From an uncultured Verrucomicrobiae bacterium (GTDB taxonomy: Bacteria; Verrucomicrobiota; Verrucomicrobiia; Chthoniobacterales; Chthoniobacteraceae): a DNA stretch of 64,000 bases. The notes under the pieces are model-generated. The model saw only the letters and a list, made by a program, of their open reading frames with translations. It ran no database searches and was not told the DNA's origin. This document shows, in pieces, positions 35,079 through 47,811 of this stretch. Location of the stretch: NCBI GenBank assembly GCA_963769025.1, contig CAVYKI010000003.1, positions 320,001-384,000 on the forward strand. Reading direction: 5' to 3'. The first letter of the stretch is position 1, and every line of letters starts with the position of its first letter. Position numbers and translations under genes: made by a program.

Positions 35079-35813
35079 TCAGCCGGCTTTGGTGGTGAAG
35101 GTGGATTTGCCGTCGGAGACGATGCGCCCGTCCTTCATCTGAATCGTGCGCGAGGCCCGCTTCGCGATGGAAAGATCGTGCGTGATGAGCACCAGCGTCA
35201 TCTTCCGCTCGCGGTGAAGGCGGGTGAGAAGCTCCAGGACGTGTTCGGCATTCTTGCTGTCGAGGTTGCCGGTCGGTTCGTCGGCAAGCAGGACCGAAGG
35301 GCCGTTTGCAAGGCTGCGCGCGATGGCGACGCGCTGCCGTTCGCCGCCGGAAAGCTTCGCGGGGAAATGATCGAGCCGGTGCTCCAACCCCACGGCCTTC
35401 AGCAATTCCACAGCCTGCTCCGTTCGCTCCGACGCGCTGCGTTTCGTTTCGAACATCGGGATCTGCACATTCTCCAGCGCCGTGAAGGTCGGGAGCAGAT
35501 GAAACGCCTGGAAGATGAACCCGATTTCGCGGGCCCGATACTCCGCGGGGTCGTGCAAGCGGCCGAGCGAACCTCCGCGGTAGAGAAGGGTTCCTGCACT
35601 CGGTTGATCGAGCGCGCCGAGCATCTGCAGCAGCGTGGTCTTTCCGCATCCGCTCGGGCCGGTGATGGCGACGAACTCGCCCTCGGCGATGTGGAAATCC
35701 ACGCCGCGCAGCGCCTGCACCTGGCCGTCGTCAAATTCCTTCATCAACCCGGCCGCGTCGAACACGCGCTCCGGCGCTCCATCCGGATCAGCATCGGTCG
35801 TGTCGGCGCTCAT
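35079..35813 (-). CDS. ABC transporter ATP-binding protein, LolD/MacB family
   Basis: [32 protein letters not shown]. Confidence 0.95.
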   Translation of the reverse strand: MSADTTDADPDGAPERVFDAAGLMKEFDDGQVQALRGVDFHIAEGEFVAITGPSGCGKTTLLQMLGALDQPSAGTLLYRGGSLGRLHDPAEYRAREIGFIFQAFHLLPTFTALENVQIPMFETKRSASERTEQAVELLKAVGLEHRLDHFPAKLSGGERQRVAIARSLANGPSVLLADEPTGNLDSKNAEHVLELLTRLHRERKMTLVLITHDLSIAKRASRTIQMKDGRIVSDGKSTFTTKAG

Positions 35814-37480
35814 CGGGCTCCTTTCAAGATCTCCATCACAGCCTTTACCGTCTTGGGCTTCTCGATGCAGACGTGCATGTAGGGGACGGTCGTCTCCGAG
35901 GCGGCTCCCGGCAGATGCGCGCTCCAGTAGGGCACGACGCCATCGCCTCGCGTTTGAAAATCAGCCACCCCGCGCGTGGCGATGATGGAATGATAGCTGA
36001 CGCTCATCGGCCGCTGCGCCAAAGCAATGAAGAAGGGATGTCCGGTGGAACAATTCTCGGTTCCCTCGATGCCCCAATTGTGGAATCCGCGCAGTGTCGG
36101 ATGAATGAAGGATGGAGGAAGCGCCGCCAGTGCCTGCACCTGTTCCTTGGCAGTTTTCGGCAGGAAGAGGATGACGCGCAGCACCGTCTGGACGATGCCC
36201 ACGTCTGCAAGCACGCTGCCCTGGTGCGGCGTGGCGACAAACACGACGGTCTTCACGCCGGGGGCGTGTTTGAAGAACAGCGCACCCTGCAGCACGCGCT
36301 GCGTCCTGGCATCGACCTGACGCGCCACCTTTCTCGGTGGGACTGCAAAAAATGAGCGCCAAAAATCCGGCCCCGAATCAATGGCCTGCATGCGCGTCAG
36401 CAATCCGCCCATGCTGTGCCCGACCAGAACGACGCGGTCGAACCCGGGATCCCGATGTTCGGGATCCAGCGTGTCGCGCGAGCGTTTCAGCAACTCCCGC
36501 AGCCGTGCAGCCGAGACAGGGATAGGCAGCTTGGATGGGTAAAAGAAACAGGCGGGCTGATAGCGGCGGCGGAGTTCGGGGTCGGCCAGCAGTGCGTTGA
36601 CGGAATTCTTCCAAATGACCGGCCCGGAGTGCAGCCCGTGGACGAAGACGACGGGCACTTTGTTGCGGTCGTAGCGATTGAGAAAAAATAACTGCGACTC
36701 GTCCTCGCCGGACGCTGATGGAGCCACGCTACGTCGCCCATCGGCCTCGCGGATGGAATCCGTCAGCGACAATTGCAAAGCGGCGGTGAGATTTTCCGCC
36801 AGCAGCCGGGCATGGTTCGCCACCGTCACGACCGAGACCTTCAGCGGATTGTAAAAACGGACCCTTGCCTCGGCAGGCTGACCGGGAGCTTTTGCAGGGA
36901 ACTCCAGCATCGCAGTCGCCGAAAGAAACTCGCCGCGCGGAGGATGGAAGGGCTGGGCTGCGCGCCGGGAATCCGGTTGTGCCAGCACCACCGGAACGCC
37001 AATCCCGCCACGCGACACCACCCGGTCAAAGCCGGTCAATTTCACATCGCTGGCCAGCGTGCAATGGGCGAACTCCGCGAGCGCCAGCGTACGCCCGGAG
37101 CCATGTCGCACGGGGGCATCGAAGGTCACCCGCCACGGCTGCGCGCCGCGCACTTGGAATTCCTTGGCCCACGCGGCGGTCCCTTCACTTGCACGCAAGC
37201 CCTTCACCACTGCGACCACGGCCCGGTCGTATTTCCGCAGGGCATTTTGTGCCGCCACACTCCCGGGCTCCTCCTGCAGCATGACCTGCCACGCTTTGTA
37301 CGCCTTATCCAAATCGGATGCGGTGCGCGCGCCTGCGGTTGGATGCACCGCAGTGGTCTTGATCCCCTGGCACGCGGGGAGAAATACAAACACTGCTCCG
37401 GCGATGACCAGCGAGCGTGACCAGCGGGTCAGGCGTCCGCGGGCAGTGACGTCCGCAGGCGTGGGAAGTGAATGCGTCAT
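35810..37480 (-). CDS. Lipase/esterase-like alpha/beta hydrolase, probable lipoprotein
   Basis: Lipobox-like FLPAC, VFVHGL, GHSMG, ATPHQGS, DGVVPYWS; ATGA overlaps on both sides. Confidence 0.85.
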   Translation of the reverse strand: MTHSLPTPADVTARGRLTRWSRSLVIAGAVFVFLPACQGIKTTAVHPTAGARTASDLDKAYKAWQVMLQEEPGSVAAQNALRKYDRAVVAVVKGLRASEGTAAWAKEFQVRGAQPWRVTFDAPVRHGSGRTLALAEFAHCTLASDVKLTGFDRVVSRGGIGVPVVLAQPDSRRAAQPFHPPRGEFLSATAMLEFPAKAPGQPAEARVRFYNPLKVSVVTVANHARLLAENLTAALQLSLTDSIREADGRRSVAPSASGEDESQLFFLNRYDRNKVPVVFVHGLHSGPVIWKNSVNALLADPELRRRYQPACFFYPSKLPIPVSAARLRELLKRSRDTLDPEHRDPGFDRVVLVGHSMGGLLTRMQAIDSGPDFWRSFFAVPPRKVARQVDARTQRVLQGALFFKHAPGVKTVVFVATPHQGSVLADVGIVQTVLRVILFLPKTAKEQVQALAALPPSFIHPTLRGFHNWGIEGTENCSTGHPFFIALAQRPMSVSYHSIIATRGVADFQTRGDGVVPYWSAHLPGAASETTVPYMHVCIEKPKTVKAVMEILKGAR

Positions 37481-38440
37481 TCCCGGTGGGCAGTCGTCCG
37501 CCATTGGGCGCCGACGCGCGGGTCGCCGAGGTTGCGGAGCAGGTGCAGCAACGCATGCCGATAGCTTGGGAACGGATGGATTTCGTCCTCCGTCCGCGGC
37601 GTGAGCTCCGCGGCGTGCAGCGGCAGTTCCGCGTGCGGGATCCCCATCCGAATGTGATGCACGCCGTGGTACGGCTCGTGAAGCAGCGTGAAGGCGACGA
37701 GCCGGCCGGGCCAGCCCCTCGCGACGATGCTCCGCGTCGAGCTGTTCACCGTGTCGCCCGTGAGACCGACGTGCTCGATGTATTTCCGCCAGCTCTGCAA
37801 GTTCGCGGCGATATACGCGGGCACCAGATACATCCACAAAAGGTAGCGCCACCCGTTCCAATGCCACGCAGCGAGCACGATCGCCAGTCCACACGACGAC
37901 GATCAGCGCGTACTCCTGCCAGATTCTCCGGCGCACTTTCTTGCTGCGAATCGGCGAACCGGCGCGGAGGAAAATCCGCAGGAACAGGACCGGCAGGAAA
38001 ACGAGTCCGACGGTGAGTTCGAGGATCGCCGCGAGAATCCTCCCCCAGCGCGGCGCCGTCGGATGGACGAACGGCCACAGTTCCTCATCGCGCTCGGTGG
38101 CCAGGTGCATGTGGTGGAGCTGATGCGCGGCGCGGTAGAGGCTGAAGCTCATGAAGCTGAACAGCCCGAGAAGGACGCCATCGAATTCGTTGAAGCGCCG
38201 ATTTTTCCGCAGCAGGCCGTGCGTCGCCTCGTGAAAACCGACCGCAGCCCCGTGCATGAGATGGCTGAGGACCAGGACGAGCGGCACCGCGAACCAGAGC
38301 GACACTCCGCTCTGCAAAACCAACGCCAGCGCGATCTCGGTGATGAGGATCAGAATGATCAGGATTTGAAACGCCGAGCGGCTCACCCAGTGGGGCTCGT
38401 GCATCTCGGTCGATCGCTCCATGGTTTGCGTGGTGTTCAT
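37477..38440 (-). CDS. Membrane fatty acid desaturase/hydroxylase family; one frameshift at ~37885
   Basis: Three His boxes HEATH, HQLHH and HGVHH plus TM segments, split over two frames. Confidence 0.88.
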
Positions 38441-39807
38441 CGCAGTTCGCCCATGAGGGCGGAGGTCAGGATTTCCGGCGACTGGCAGGCGCCCTTGAGG
38501 ACCGCCTCAAACATGCGTCCGAGGTGCCGGATTTCTTCGGCGGAAAACATATCCAGCCGGAACAGCCACACCACCTCGAGTCCGTCGCCCTCCTCGGTGA
38601 TTTCGCAGCCGAGGTCGAAGCGCGCCGTGCCCGTCGAGCGCATCCGCAGCTTCGGCGAAAAGCCGGGCAGCGAGATGTCGGGAACGGGATGATTTTGCAG
38701 CGCGAAGCGCACCTCGAAAACCGGATTGCGGCCCGGCACCGGCGCTTCGCCGAGCGCCTTGGCGAGTTCGGCAAAGGGCATGGCATTGGCGAAGGCATTC
38801 GACCGTGGCCTCATGCACCGCGCGCAGGCTGTCGGAGAATGACCGCGTGCGATCCACCTGGCCGCGCAGCGGCACGATGCCGGAAAAGTAGCCCATCGTT
38901 TCGCGCACGGCCTGTTTGTTGCGATTCGCCACCGGCGTGCCGACGAGGATGTCGTCCGCGCCCGTCCATTGCGAGAGCGTGATCTGGAATGCCGCCAGCA
39001 GCGTGCTGAAGAGCGTCGCGCCGTCGCGCCGCGCGCAGCTCCCGCACGGCGCGGCCGAGTTCGGCGGAGAGATTGCATCGCCCAGCGCTCGCGCTCGCCG
39101 GCCGGCGGCGTCGGAATCCGCGGGCGGACTCCAGAGCCGGCGCGTTCCGGCGAGCTGCGCTTTCCAAAACGCGGCGCGCGCGCGCGAGTTCCGCCGGCTG
39201 CCAGAATGCACGCTCGGCGGCGCCCCACTCGGCGTAGGTGAGCGGCACGGGCGGCAGCGGGCCGTGCACGCCTTTCACGCGTCTCCATGTAGGCGCGCGA
39301 ACAGATCCTGCACGAAGACGCCGAGCGTCCAGCCATCGGCGATGGCGTGATGGATCGCGAAGACCAGCACGTGATCGTCCGCCGCGCGCCGGAGCACTTC
39401 CACGCGATAGAGCGGCCCCTGCACGAGGTCGAAGGGCTCGCGGAAAATCTCCGTGCGCCAGTTCCTCGATCGCCTCCGGGTGCGCTTGCGCCGGCGGAGA
39501 GCTCGCGGAATCCGAGCACTGGCCTCGCCGGTCTTGCCGGACCATCTGCACCGGCCGCTCCTTGCCCGGCAGAAAGGACAGGCGCAGCACCTCCTGCCGC
39601 TCCACGACCCGCTGCATCGCCGTCTCGCAGATCCGCCGGCGTGATCGGGCCGCGCATCGTGATGAGGCAGCAGATGTGGTTCGCCGGATCGCCGACCGGG
39701 ACCGGCGACGCCTCCCACAGCTCGCGCTGCGGAAAGGTCAGCGGCTGGAGGCGGGCTTCCCCGCTCTCCAGCCATTGCTTCAGCCGGGCTCGGTTATCTT
39801 GTGACAT
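38437..39807 (-). CDS. Stand-alone NRPS-type condensation domain protein (multiple indels)
   Basis: PLTFPQRELW, RQEVLR, PFDLVQGPLYR, active site HHAIADG, VGTPVANR, FEVRFALQN; no A or PCP domain. Confidence 0.85.
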   Translation of the reverse strand: MSQDNRARLKQWLESGEARLQPLTFPQRELWEASPVPVGDPANHICCLITMRGPITPADLRDGDAAGRGAAGGAAPVLSAGQGAAGADGPARPARPVLGFRELSAGASAPGGDRGTGARRFSASPSTSCRGRSIAWKCSGARRTITCWSSRSITPSPMAGRSASSCRICSRAYMETRERRARPAAARAAHLRRVGRRRACILAAGGTRARAPRFGKRSSPERAGSGVRPRIPTPPAGERERWAMQSLRRTRPRRAGAARGATARRSSARCWRHSRSRSRNGRARTTSSSARRWRIATNRPCAKRWATFPASCRCAARWIARGHSPTACARCMRPRSNAFANAMPFAELAKALGEAPVPGRNPVFEVRFALQNHPVPDISLPGFSPKLRMRSTGTARFDLGCEITEEGDGLEVVWLFRLDMFSAEEIRHLGRMFEAVLKGACQSPEILTSALMGELR

Positions 39808-42800
39808 CCGACGATTTCAGGGTCGCGGTTTCGTCCGCGGGTTGCTTGGGATCCGGCGCTGCCTCCTCGCCGAGCAACTGGTCGATGTCCTCGTCGGAAA
39901 GCGCGTCCAGATCCACGTCATCGGCGGGCGCCTCTTCCGCGGTCACGGGCGCTGCGGCGGCCGGCTTGGCCGCGCCCGCTCCGCCGCCCATGTGCTCGGC
40001 GATCAAGGTCGCGATCTGGCCGATGGTGCGCGCGCGCATGAGGCTCGTCGGGCGGCAGGGCGACGCCGATGGCGGCTTCGAGCGAGTTTTCGATTTCGAC
40101 GCCCATGAGCGAGTCGAGCCCGAGGTCGGTGAGCGGCTGATCGTCGCGCAGGCTCTCCGGCTTCACGCGCAGCACCGAGCCGACGACTTCGCGCACGGCC
40201 TGGCCGATGACGCCCTCGCGTTCCTCCGGCGCGGCGGCTTCGATCCGGCAGCCGCCAGTCGCTCGTCGCGCCGCTGGTTTCCTGGCTTTCGACGCCGCCG
40301 GCGAAGATGCGCTCGAGCAGCGGATTCTCCTGCATGCCGCGGAAGGACTGCCGCCACTTGGCCCAGTCCACGCGGATGGCCGTCGACCTGCGCGGCGTGC
40401 CGCGCGTGAGGAAGGATTCGAGGAGCGTGGTGACCTCGCCCGGCGAGAGCGCGCGCGGTGCCCTGACGGGCGAGGAATTCGGCGACGCGCTCGTTGCGCG
40501 CGACGTAGCCTTCGCCGCCGAGCACGCCCCAGTTGATCGTGAGCGCGGGCAGGCCGAGCGCGCGGCGATGATGGGCGAGCGAATCGAGGAAGGCATTGGC
40601 CGCGCCGTAGTTGCCCTGCGCGGGATTGCCGAAGATGCTCGAGACGGACGAGAACATCACGAAGCAATCGAGCGCCATCGCCTTGCGTGTCCTCGTGCAG
40701 CAGCCATGCGCCGTGCGCCTTCGGCGCCATGACGGTCCGCATGCGCTCGCGGGTGAGCGCGGAGAGCGGCGCGTCGTCGATGACCATCGCGAGGTGGAAG
40801 ATGCCCTGCAGCGGCTGCGCCTGCGGAGCCGGCTTCCTCGATGCAGGCGCTTCACGTCCTTCGGCGAGCCGACGTCCGCCTTGACGACCTTCGTCGTCCA
40901 CGCCGCGGCTCTTCAGCTTCTCCACAAAGGCGACCGCCTCCGGAGTGGAGGCGCCGCTGCGGCTGCGTGAGCACGAGGTGACGCGCGCCGCATTCCACGA
41001 GCCATTCGGCGAGCACTCTGCCGAATCCGCCGAAGGCCGCCGGTGATGAGATAGCAGCCGTCCGCCTTGACCGCGAAGGCCGGCAGCGAGCGGTTCGCCG
41101 CGCCGCGGGACGAATGCCTCGGCGAAGGCGACGACGACCTTGCCGATGTGCTTGCCGCCCGCCATGAGGCGGAAGGCCGCATCGATGCGGCTGGCCGGGA
41201 AGGAGCGGAACGGGCAGCGGCGTGAGCGCGCCCTTCTCCACGAGCCCGGCGATCTCCGCCAGCAGCTCGCGCGTCAGCGCTTCGTCGCCGGCGAAGACGG
41301 CGTCCATCGCGACGACGTGGAACGAGGCGTTGCGCCGCAGCGACCAGAGCGGGATGCGCGAGTTCTGGTAGATGTCGCGTTTGCCGATCTCGATGAAGCG
41401 GCCGAACTCCGCGAGGCAGGAGAGGCCCATCGGGATCGCCTCGGCGGCGAGCGCGTTGAGCACGACGTCCACGCCGCGGCCGTTCGGTCAGTTCCATGAC
41501 CGCCTCCGCGAAGTCGCCGCGCCGCGAGTCGATGACGTGCTTGACGCCGAGCGTCTTCGAGCAGCGCGCGCTTGGTCGGGCTGCCGGCGGAGGCGATGAC
41601 TTCGGCGCCGAGGTGATGCGCGATCTGGATCGCCGCCATGCCGACGCCGCCCGCGCCCGCGTGGACGAGGATGCATCTCGCCGGCCTTGCATCCGCGCGA
41701 CGTTCTTCAGCGCATACCACGCGGTCATGAAGACGACCGGGATGCGTCGCCGCTTCCTCGAAGGAAAGGCCCTTCGGCATGCGGCCGCACATCGCCGCCG
41801 CGCGCGAGCGTCTGCGTGGCCAGGCCGAAGACGGCGAGACCGAAGACGCGGTCGCCCGGCCGCGACGTGCGTGACGCCTTCGCCGACCGCAGTCACGATC
41901 GCCGCCGACTTCGTCGCCGAAGATGCGCGCATCCGGCGTCTCCGCCGGGATAAAGCGCGAGCGCCTTGAGCACGTCGCGGAAGTTCATGCCCGCGGCCTT
42001 CACCTCGATCGAGCACTTCGCCGGGTCCGCAGCGGCGGCAGCGCGAACGGCGTGAAGCGCAGGTGTCGAGCAGGCCGCGCTCGCGGGATTCGAGGCGCAG
42101 CGGGATGCGAGGCATCGAGCTGCTGCTCGCGCGCGGGCATGCCGCGGTCGAGGCGCTGCACGTAGCGCGCCTCGCCGCGGAGGGCGATTTCGCGCTCGGC
42201 TGTCCAGATGGCAGCAGTTCGCTCCAGAGCGAGGCCGACATCGGTCTTGCGACGGCTGCCGGCGGCAGGTCGATGCCGCGGCAGGCGAAGTTCGGATGCT
42301 CGTTGAGGATCACGCGGAAAAGGCCGATCGACGGGCGCCTGCGCGACGGCGGTGGCGCCCATGTCGCGACCCGCCGGCTGCGCGCCGCGCGTGACGAGAT
42401 CGATGCGGAGCTTGGCCGCGGGCATCGTGCCTTCCAGCGCGTGCGTGAGATGGAGCAGCGAGTCGATGCCCATGAGCGCATCGTCCTCGTTGCCGCCCGT
42501 TTTCGCATCGAGGCTCCAGAGGTAAACGATCCGCTCCGGCGGCGCGTCCGCGGCGACGGTTCGCGAAAAGCTGCTTCCAGTCGTCCGGCTCCTCCGCGCG
42601 AAGGGTGAAGGCGTCCGCGCCCTTCGCGGCGAAAGCCGTTGCCGCGGCGGACGACGCGGCAGCGCGCGCCGGCGGACGTCACGCGGGCGATCGAGCTCGT
42701 TCGCCGAGTTCCGGACTCATCGGCAAAGATGAGCCACGACGTCTCGACTGGCGCGTCGGTCGCTCCGGATTCAGCATGGACCGACGCGGCGTCGCCGCGC

Positions 42801-45800
42801 CTTCCGGGCGAGGAGGCCGATCTGGCCTTCGCCCTTCCGGCCCGTGCAGGCCCGGCGAGCGAAGCCGTTTCCGCGAAGCCGCTTTCGCGGAGCGCGGATT
42901 CCCACTGCGCGCGCTGGAGCAGCGGCTGCTCCGGGCGCAGGTCGCGGTCGGTGAAGCGCCACCAGCCGCTGGTCAGGCCGAAGACGGATTCCGTCCAGAG
43001 CTGCGGCGTGGCGACATCCATGAAGACGAGGCGTGCCGCCCGGCACGAGCAGCTCGTGCAGGTGCCGCAGCGCGGCGCGCACGTCGGCCACGGCGTGGAG
43101 CACGTTGGTGCCGATGATGAAGTCGAAGGAGCCCGGCTCGAAGCCCTGCTCGGCGCCGGTTTTTCGAGGTCGAAGATCTTGTATTCCACCTCGGGGAAGG
43201 CCGCGAGCTTCTGGTTCGCCGCCGGGGAAGAAGCCCGCGGAGACGTCGGTGAAGGTGTAGGAATGCAGGCCGCGCTCGAGCAGCGGCAGCACCTGCGCGC
43301 GCGAGGCCGCCGGTGCCGGCGCCGACTTCGAGGATGCGCAGGCCGCGTCCTTCCGGCAGATGGCGCGCGGCTTCCTGCACCGCGGCGGCGATGGCCGCCA
43401 TCCAGTGGCTGGTGAACAGGCCGTCGCCGTAGAATTGATCGAGCAACTCCGCGTCCGGGACCGCTGAAGAGAACCTGCACGGCATCTTTTTCGCCGCGCA
43501 GGATCGGGCCGAATTCGGCGCCGGTGGCCGCGCAGAGCAGGCCTTCCGGCAGGTGGCCCGGATGCTCCGCGATGAACGTCGCGCAGCGCCTCGTGCGCCG
43601 AGTCGGCCGCCTTGCCGAAATTTCGCCGTGGGCTTGTAAGTGCCGCCTTTGGCTGTGAGCAGGCCGCGGCTTGCCGAGCTTCGTCATCAGGCGCTCGAAA
43701 ACCGGTCTGCATCGGCTGCGGCGACGCCGAGCGACTCCGCGGTGAATCCCTTGCGCGACGACGGGTCGACGCCCATCTCGCGCAGGCCATGCGCGAGCTG
43801 CACGGCGGCGAGATCGTCCTCGGCGGCCATGCAGCGCCTCGAGCTTCGGCACGACCCCGCAGGCTGACGACGTCTTCGAAGCGCACTCGACGGCGACATC
43901 CCGGAGACGCGCGAGCGGCAGCGGGCTGCTGCGGCGCGGGAGCCATCGTGGACGGCGTGCGCTCCCACCCGACGTGGTAAACCAGATCGCGGCCTCCGCC
44001 GGACGCGCCGGGGCGGCGGGCGGCCGTGCACGCTGATGGCGCGGAAGCCATCCACCAGCACGCACGGCTGGTCCGGCCTCGTCATAGAGCGCGATCCGGC
44101 CTTCGATGAGTTCCTCGTTGAACTGCAGCACCCGCGCGGTGACGCGCGCTGGCAGCGCCGGGCGAGCGCAGGAAAAGGATGCGCGCGAAACGCACCGGCA
44201 GCTTCATCTTCGCGCGGCGATCCTCGATCGTTTTCGCGCCGGCGGAGAAGACGTGCAGCGCGCCATCGAGGAGCACCGGATGCAGCGCATACTCCGGCGC
44301 GCGGCCCGCGCTTTTCTCCGAAAGCGACACCTTGCCCGCGGACTTTCCGCCGCCCGCGAACAAGCTCGCGGACCGCGCGGAACTCGTCGCCGTAGCGCAG
44401 CCCGAGATCGCTCATGTGGCCGTAGAACTGCCCGATGCCTTCGCGGCTCGAGTTCGCTCCCCGGCGTTTCCCAAGTCGTCGCGCCAAAGGACGACTCCGT
44501 GCGCTCGCCGCGCATCGAGCCGACGACATGCACCGACCACGACGCCGCCTGCTCGAAGCGGCTCTGGATCGTGAAGGTGCGCTCGCTCGGCTCGTAGGTC
44601 AGCTCGAGCGACACGCCCGACGCGGGCTCGGGCAGGATGAGCGGCTTGCGAATCTCAAAGTCCTCGATGACAAACGGACGGCCCTCGAACAATTGCACGC
44701 CGGCTTCCAGCGCCATTTCGACAAAGGCCGCGGCGGGAAAGATGACGTGGCGTCTCGACCTTGTGATCCTTGAGGAACGCCATGTGGCGGGCGTCGAGAC
44801 GGGCGGTCCACGTCGGCGTCGCGCGCGGCAGGCGCGATGTCGAGCAGGCCGCGGCCGCCGGGGCCGAGGCGGCCTTCGCGCCAGTCGCTGGATTCATTCC
44901 ACCAGCGGCTCCTGTCCCACGCGTAGGCCGGGAGCGAGAGCAGGCGGCGCGAGGGCGTCATCGCCGCGAAATCGAGCGCGCACGCCGGCGCGATGCAGAT
45001 CCATCGCGGTTTCGAGCAAGGACTCGTGCTCGCGTTCGCGGCGGGCGGAGGAGAGGACGGGCGGCCTTCGCTGCCGCCGCGCGGCGAGGCATTCCTGGAT
45101 GGAATGGACGAGCGCGGGATGCGCGCTGATTTCCAGCCAGACATCGACGCCGAAGTCGGCCAGCGCGCTGACCGCGGGCGCGAACTGCACGGGCTGGCGG
45201 ATGCCGCGGCCCCAATGCGCGGCGTCGCAATCTTTGCCGGCGCAGACGCGTCGCCGGTGACGGTGCTGAAAAACGGAACGGTCTCCGCCTGCGGCTCGAG
45301 ATCGCCGAGCGCCGCTCTCGAGCGCATCGGCGGCGGGCTGCATCAGCGCGTGATGGAACGGATGATCCACGCGCACGAGCCGCGCGAAGACGCCCTGCGG
45401 CTCCAGTTCGGCGAGCATGGCCTCGAGCGAGACGCGCGGGCCGGAGAGGGTCAGCGAGCGCGGGCCGTTGAAGGCGGCGATGGTGCACCGTGCGGTCGTG
45501 GCGGCGATCAGCGCGCGCGCCTCTTCCTCGGCGAGACCGACGGCGAGCATGGTGCCTTCGCCGCGGGCGCATTCGTCCATGAACTGGCGCGCAGCACGAT
45601 GATCGCGCGCGCCTTCCTCCAGGCTGAGAACGCCGGCGACGCAGGCCGCGGCGATTTCGCCGACGCTGTGGCCGACGATGGCGGCGGGCTGCACGCCCCA
45701 GGACTTCCACAGCTCCGCGAGCGCGACCTGCATCGCGAAAATCGCGGGCTGCGCGATTTCCGTGCGGCTGCATCTGCGATGTTCTTCCTCGGTGCGCCCG

Positions 45801-47590
45801 AGTTCCTCGAGCAGCGAGAACTGCGCCTACGGCGCATCGCCGCGTCGCAGCGCTCGATGGTCTCGCGGAAGACCGGCTCGTGCCGCATGAGCTCGCGGCC
45901 CATGCCCCACCATTGCGGACCCTGGCCGCTCATGACGAAGGCCGACGCGCGGCGCGTGCTCCGGACGCGGGGTGAAGGACGGTGCGGACCTTCGGCCCGG
46001 TCGCTGCCGGCCGGCGAAGGCCTCGAGTTCCTGCGCCAGTTCGCTCGAGCGACTGCGCGACCACCGTGAGGCGGTGCGAATGGTGATTCCGCCGCGCGCC
46101 GAGCGTGTAGGCGAGATCGGGCAGCAGCGGCGGAGCTGCCATTGCGCGTTCGCGCGCTCCTCGAGCCACGCGCCGAGCTGCGCGGCGGATGCCGCGCAGC
46201 GCTTCCTCGGAACGCGCGGAGAGCACGAGCGGCCAGCGCACGTTCGGTGGCCGGGCTCGGGATGCTCGGGCGCGCGGACGTGCGGGGGCTTCCGCGAGGA
46301 TGACGTGCGCATTCGGCGCCGCCGAAACCGAAGGAATTGACGCCGACCATGCGCGGCCCGTCCGTCTCGGGGAACGGCTCCAGCGTCGTCGGCACGCGCA
46401 GCTTCAGCTCTGCGAAGTCGATGTGCGGGCTCGGCGTCTTGAAGTGCAGGCTGGCGGGGATCTGGCCGTGCTTGAGCACGAGCAGCCGCCTTGACCAGGC
46501 CGGCGACGCCGGCGGCGGTTTCGAGGTGGCCGAGGTTGGTCTTCACCGAGCCGATCGGCAGCGGCTTGTCCGCGGGGCGGTCCACGCAGAGCGCCTCGGC
46601 GAGCGCGTGCGCCTCGATGGGATCGCCGACCGCGGTGCCGGTGCCGTGCGCTTCGACGAAGCCGACTTGCGAAGGCGCGATGCCCGGCGTCCTTGCAGGC
46701 GTCGCGCACGAGCCGGGCCTGCGCCTCCGGGCTCGGGAGCGAGATGCCATTGGTGTGGCCGTCCTGATTCATCGACGGTGCCGACGATGACGCCGTGGAT
46801 CGGGTCGCCGTCCGCGATGGCCTGCGAAAGGCGCTTGAGCAGCACCATGCCCGCGCCTTCGCCGCGCACGAAGCCGCTGGCCGACGCGTCGAACGCCTCG
46901 CAGCGCCCCTCGGGCGAGAGCATGCCGGCCTGCGAAAATCCGATGAATCCGCCGGGCGTGATCATCACCGTCACGCCGCCCGCCAGCGCCACGTCGCCGC
47001 GGCCGCGTCCAGATGTGCTCGCACGCCGACATGCACGGCGGTCAGCGCGGAGGAGCAGGCCGTGTCCATCGCGACGCTCGGGCCGCGGAGATTGAAGCAG
47101 TACGAGATGCGATTCGCGGCGATGCTGTGCGCGCTGCCGGTGGGCGAGTGCGGCGCTGATGCCCGAGCGAATCCGCACGGCGTGCCCTGGATGATCTGGT
47201 AGTCGTTGTGCGAGATGCCCGACGAAGACGGCGATGTCGGTGCCCTTCTCGAGATCGAGCACGAGCCCGGCGTCTTCGATCGCCTCCCAAGCCGTCTCCA
47301 GCAGCAGACGCTGCTGCGGATCGACGTAGGGCGCTTCGCGCGGCGAGATGCCGAAGAACTGCGGATCGAACTGGTCGATCTGACTCCAGAAATCCGCCGC
47401 GCTTGGCGATCGATTTGCCGGCGATGCCCGGCTCCGCATCGTAGAAGCGCTCCACGTTCCACCGGTCGGCCGGCACTTCGCAGACCGCCTCGCGGCCCTC
47501 GGTCAGCAGCTTCCAAAATGATTCCGCGTCGTTGACGCCGCCGGGAAAGCGGCAGCCGATTCCGATGATGGCGATACCTTCTTTGGACAT
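39794..47590 (-). CDS. Type I polyketide synthase KS-AT-DH-cMT-ER-KR-ACP (many indels)
   Basis: [121 protein letters not shown]. Confidence 0.92.
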
Positions 47591-47811
47591 TGAGGGAAGC
47601 ATAGCATCCGGCTCGCCACTCGCGTCACGCGCATTTTTCAGATGCGAACCGTTGCGGAAGGGGTCCCGCGGTGTATTTTCGTGCGCGCCGTTGGAGGCGT
47701 TAAGTTTGGCCATTCACCGCTGAATCGCGGCCGGCCGGCGTTCTGGCTGTGCAAAGATGTCAGATTAATACGGATTGGCCGGCGACGAGCGGCGAAGTAC
47801 AAGGAATCATC

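Noticed and set aside
35810..38440. 876-aa desaturase-lipase fusion
   Set aside because: Produced by one indel at ~37885. The third His box is in another frame ending at 37477, and the hydrolase has its own ATGA-coupled start and signal.
39794..47590. Multi-gene or programmed-frameshift PKS
   Set aside because: Fragments are collinear pieces of one module with breaks inside domains and no consistent slippery motif; sequencing error is simpler
47591..47811. Sigma-54 promoter-like TGGC..GC sequences here and at ~26790
   Set aside because: Spacing between GG and GC does not match the required -24/-12 distance
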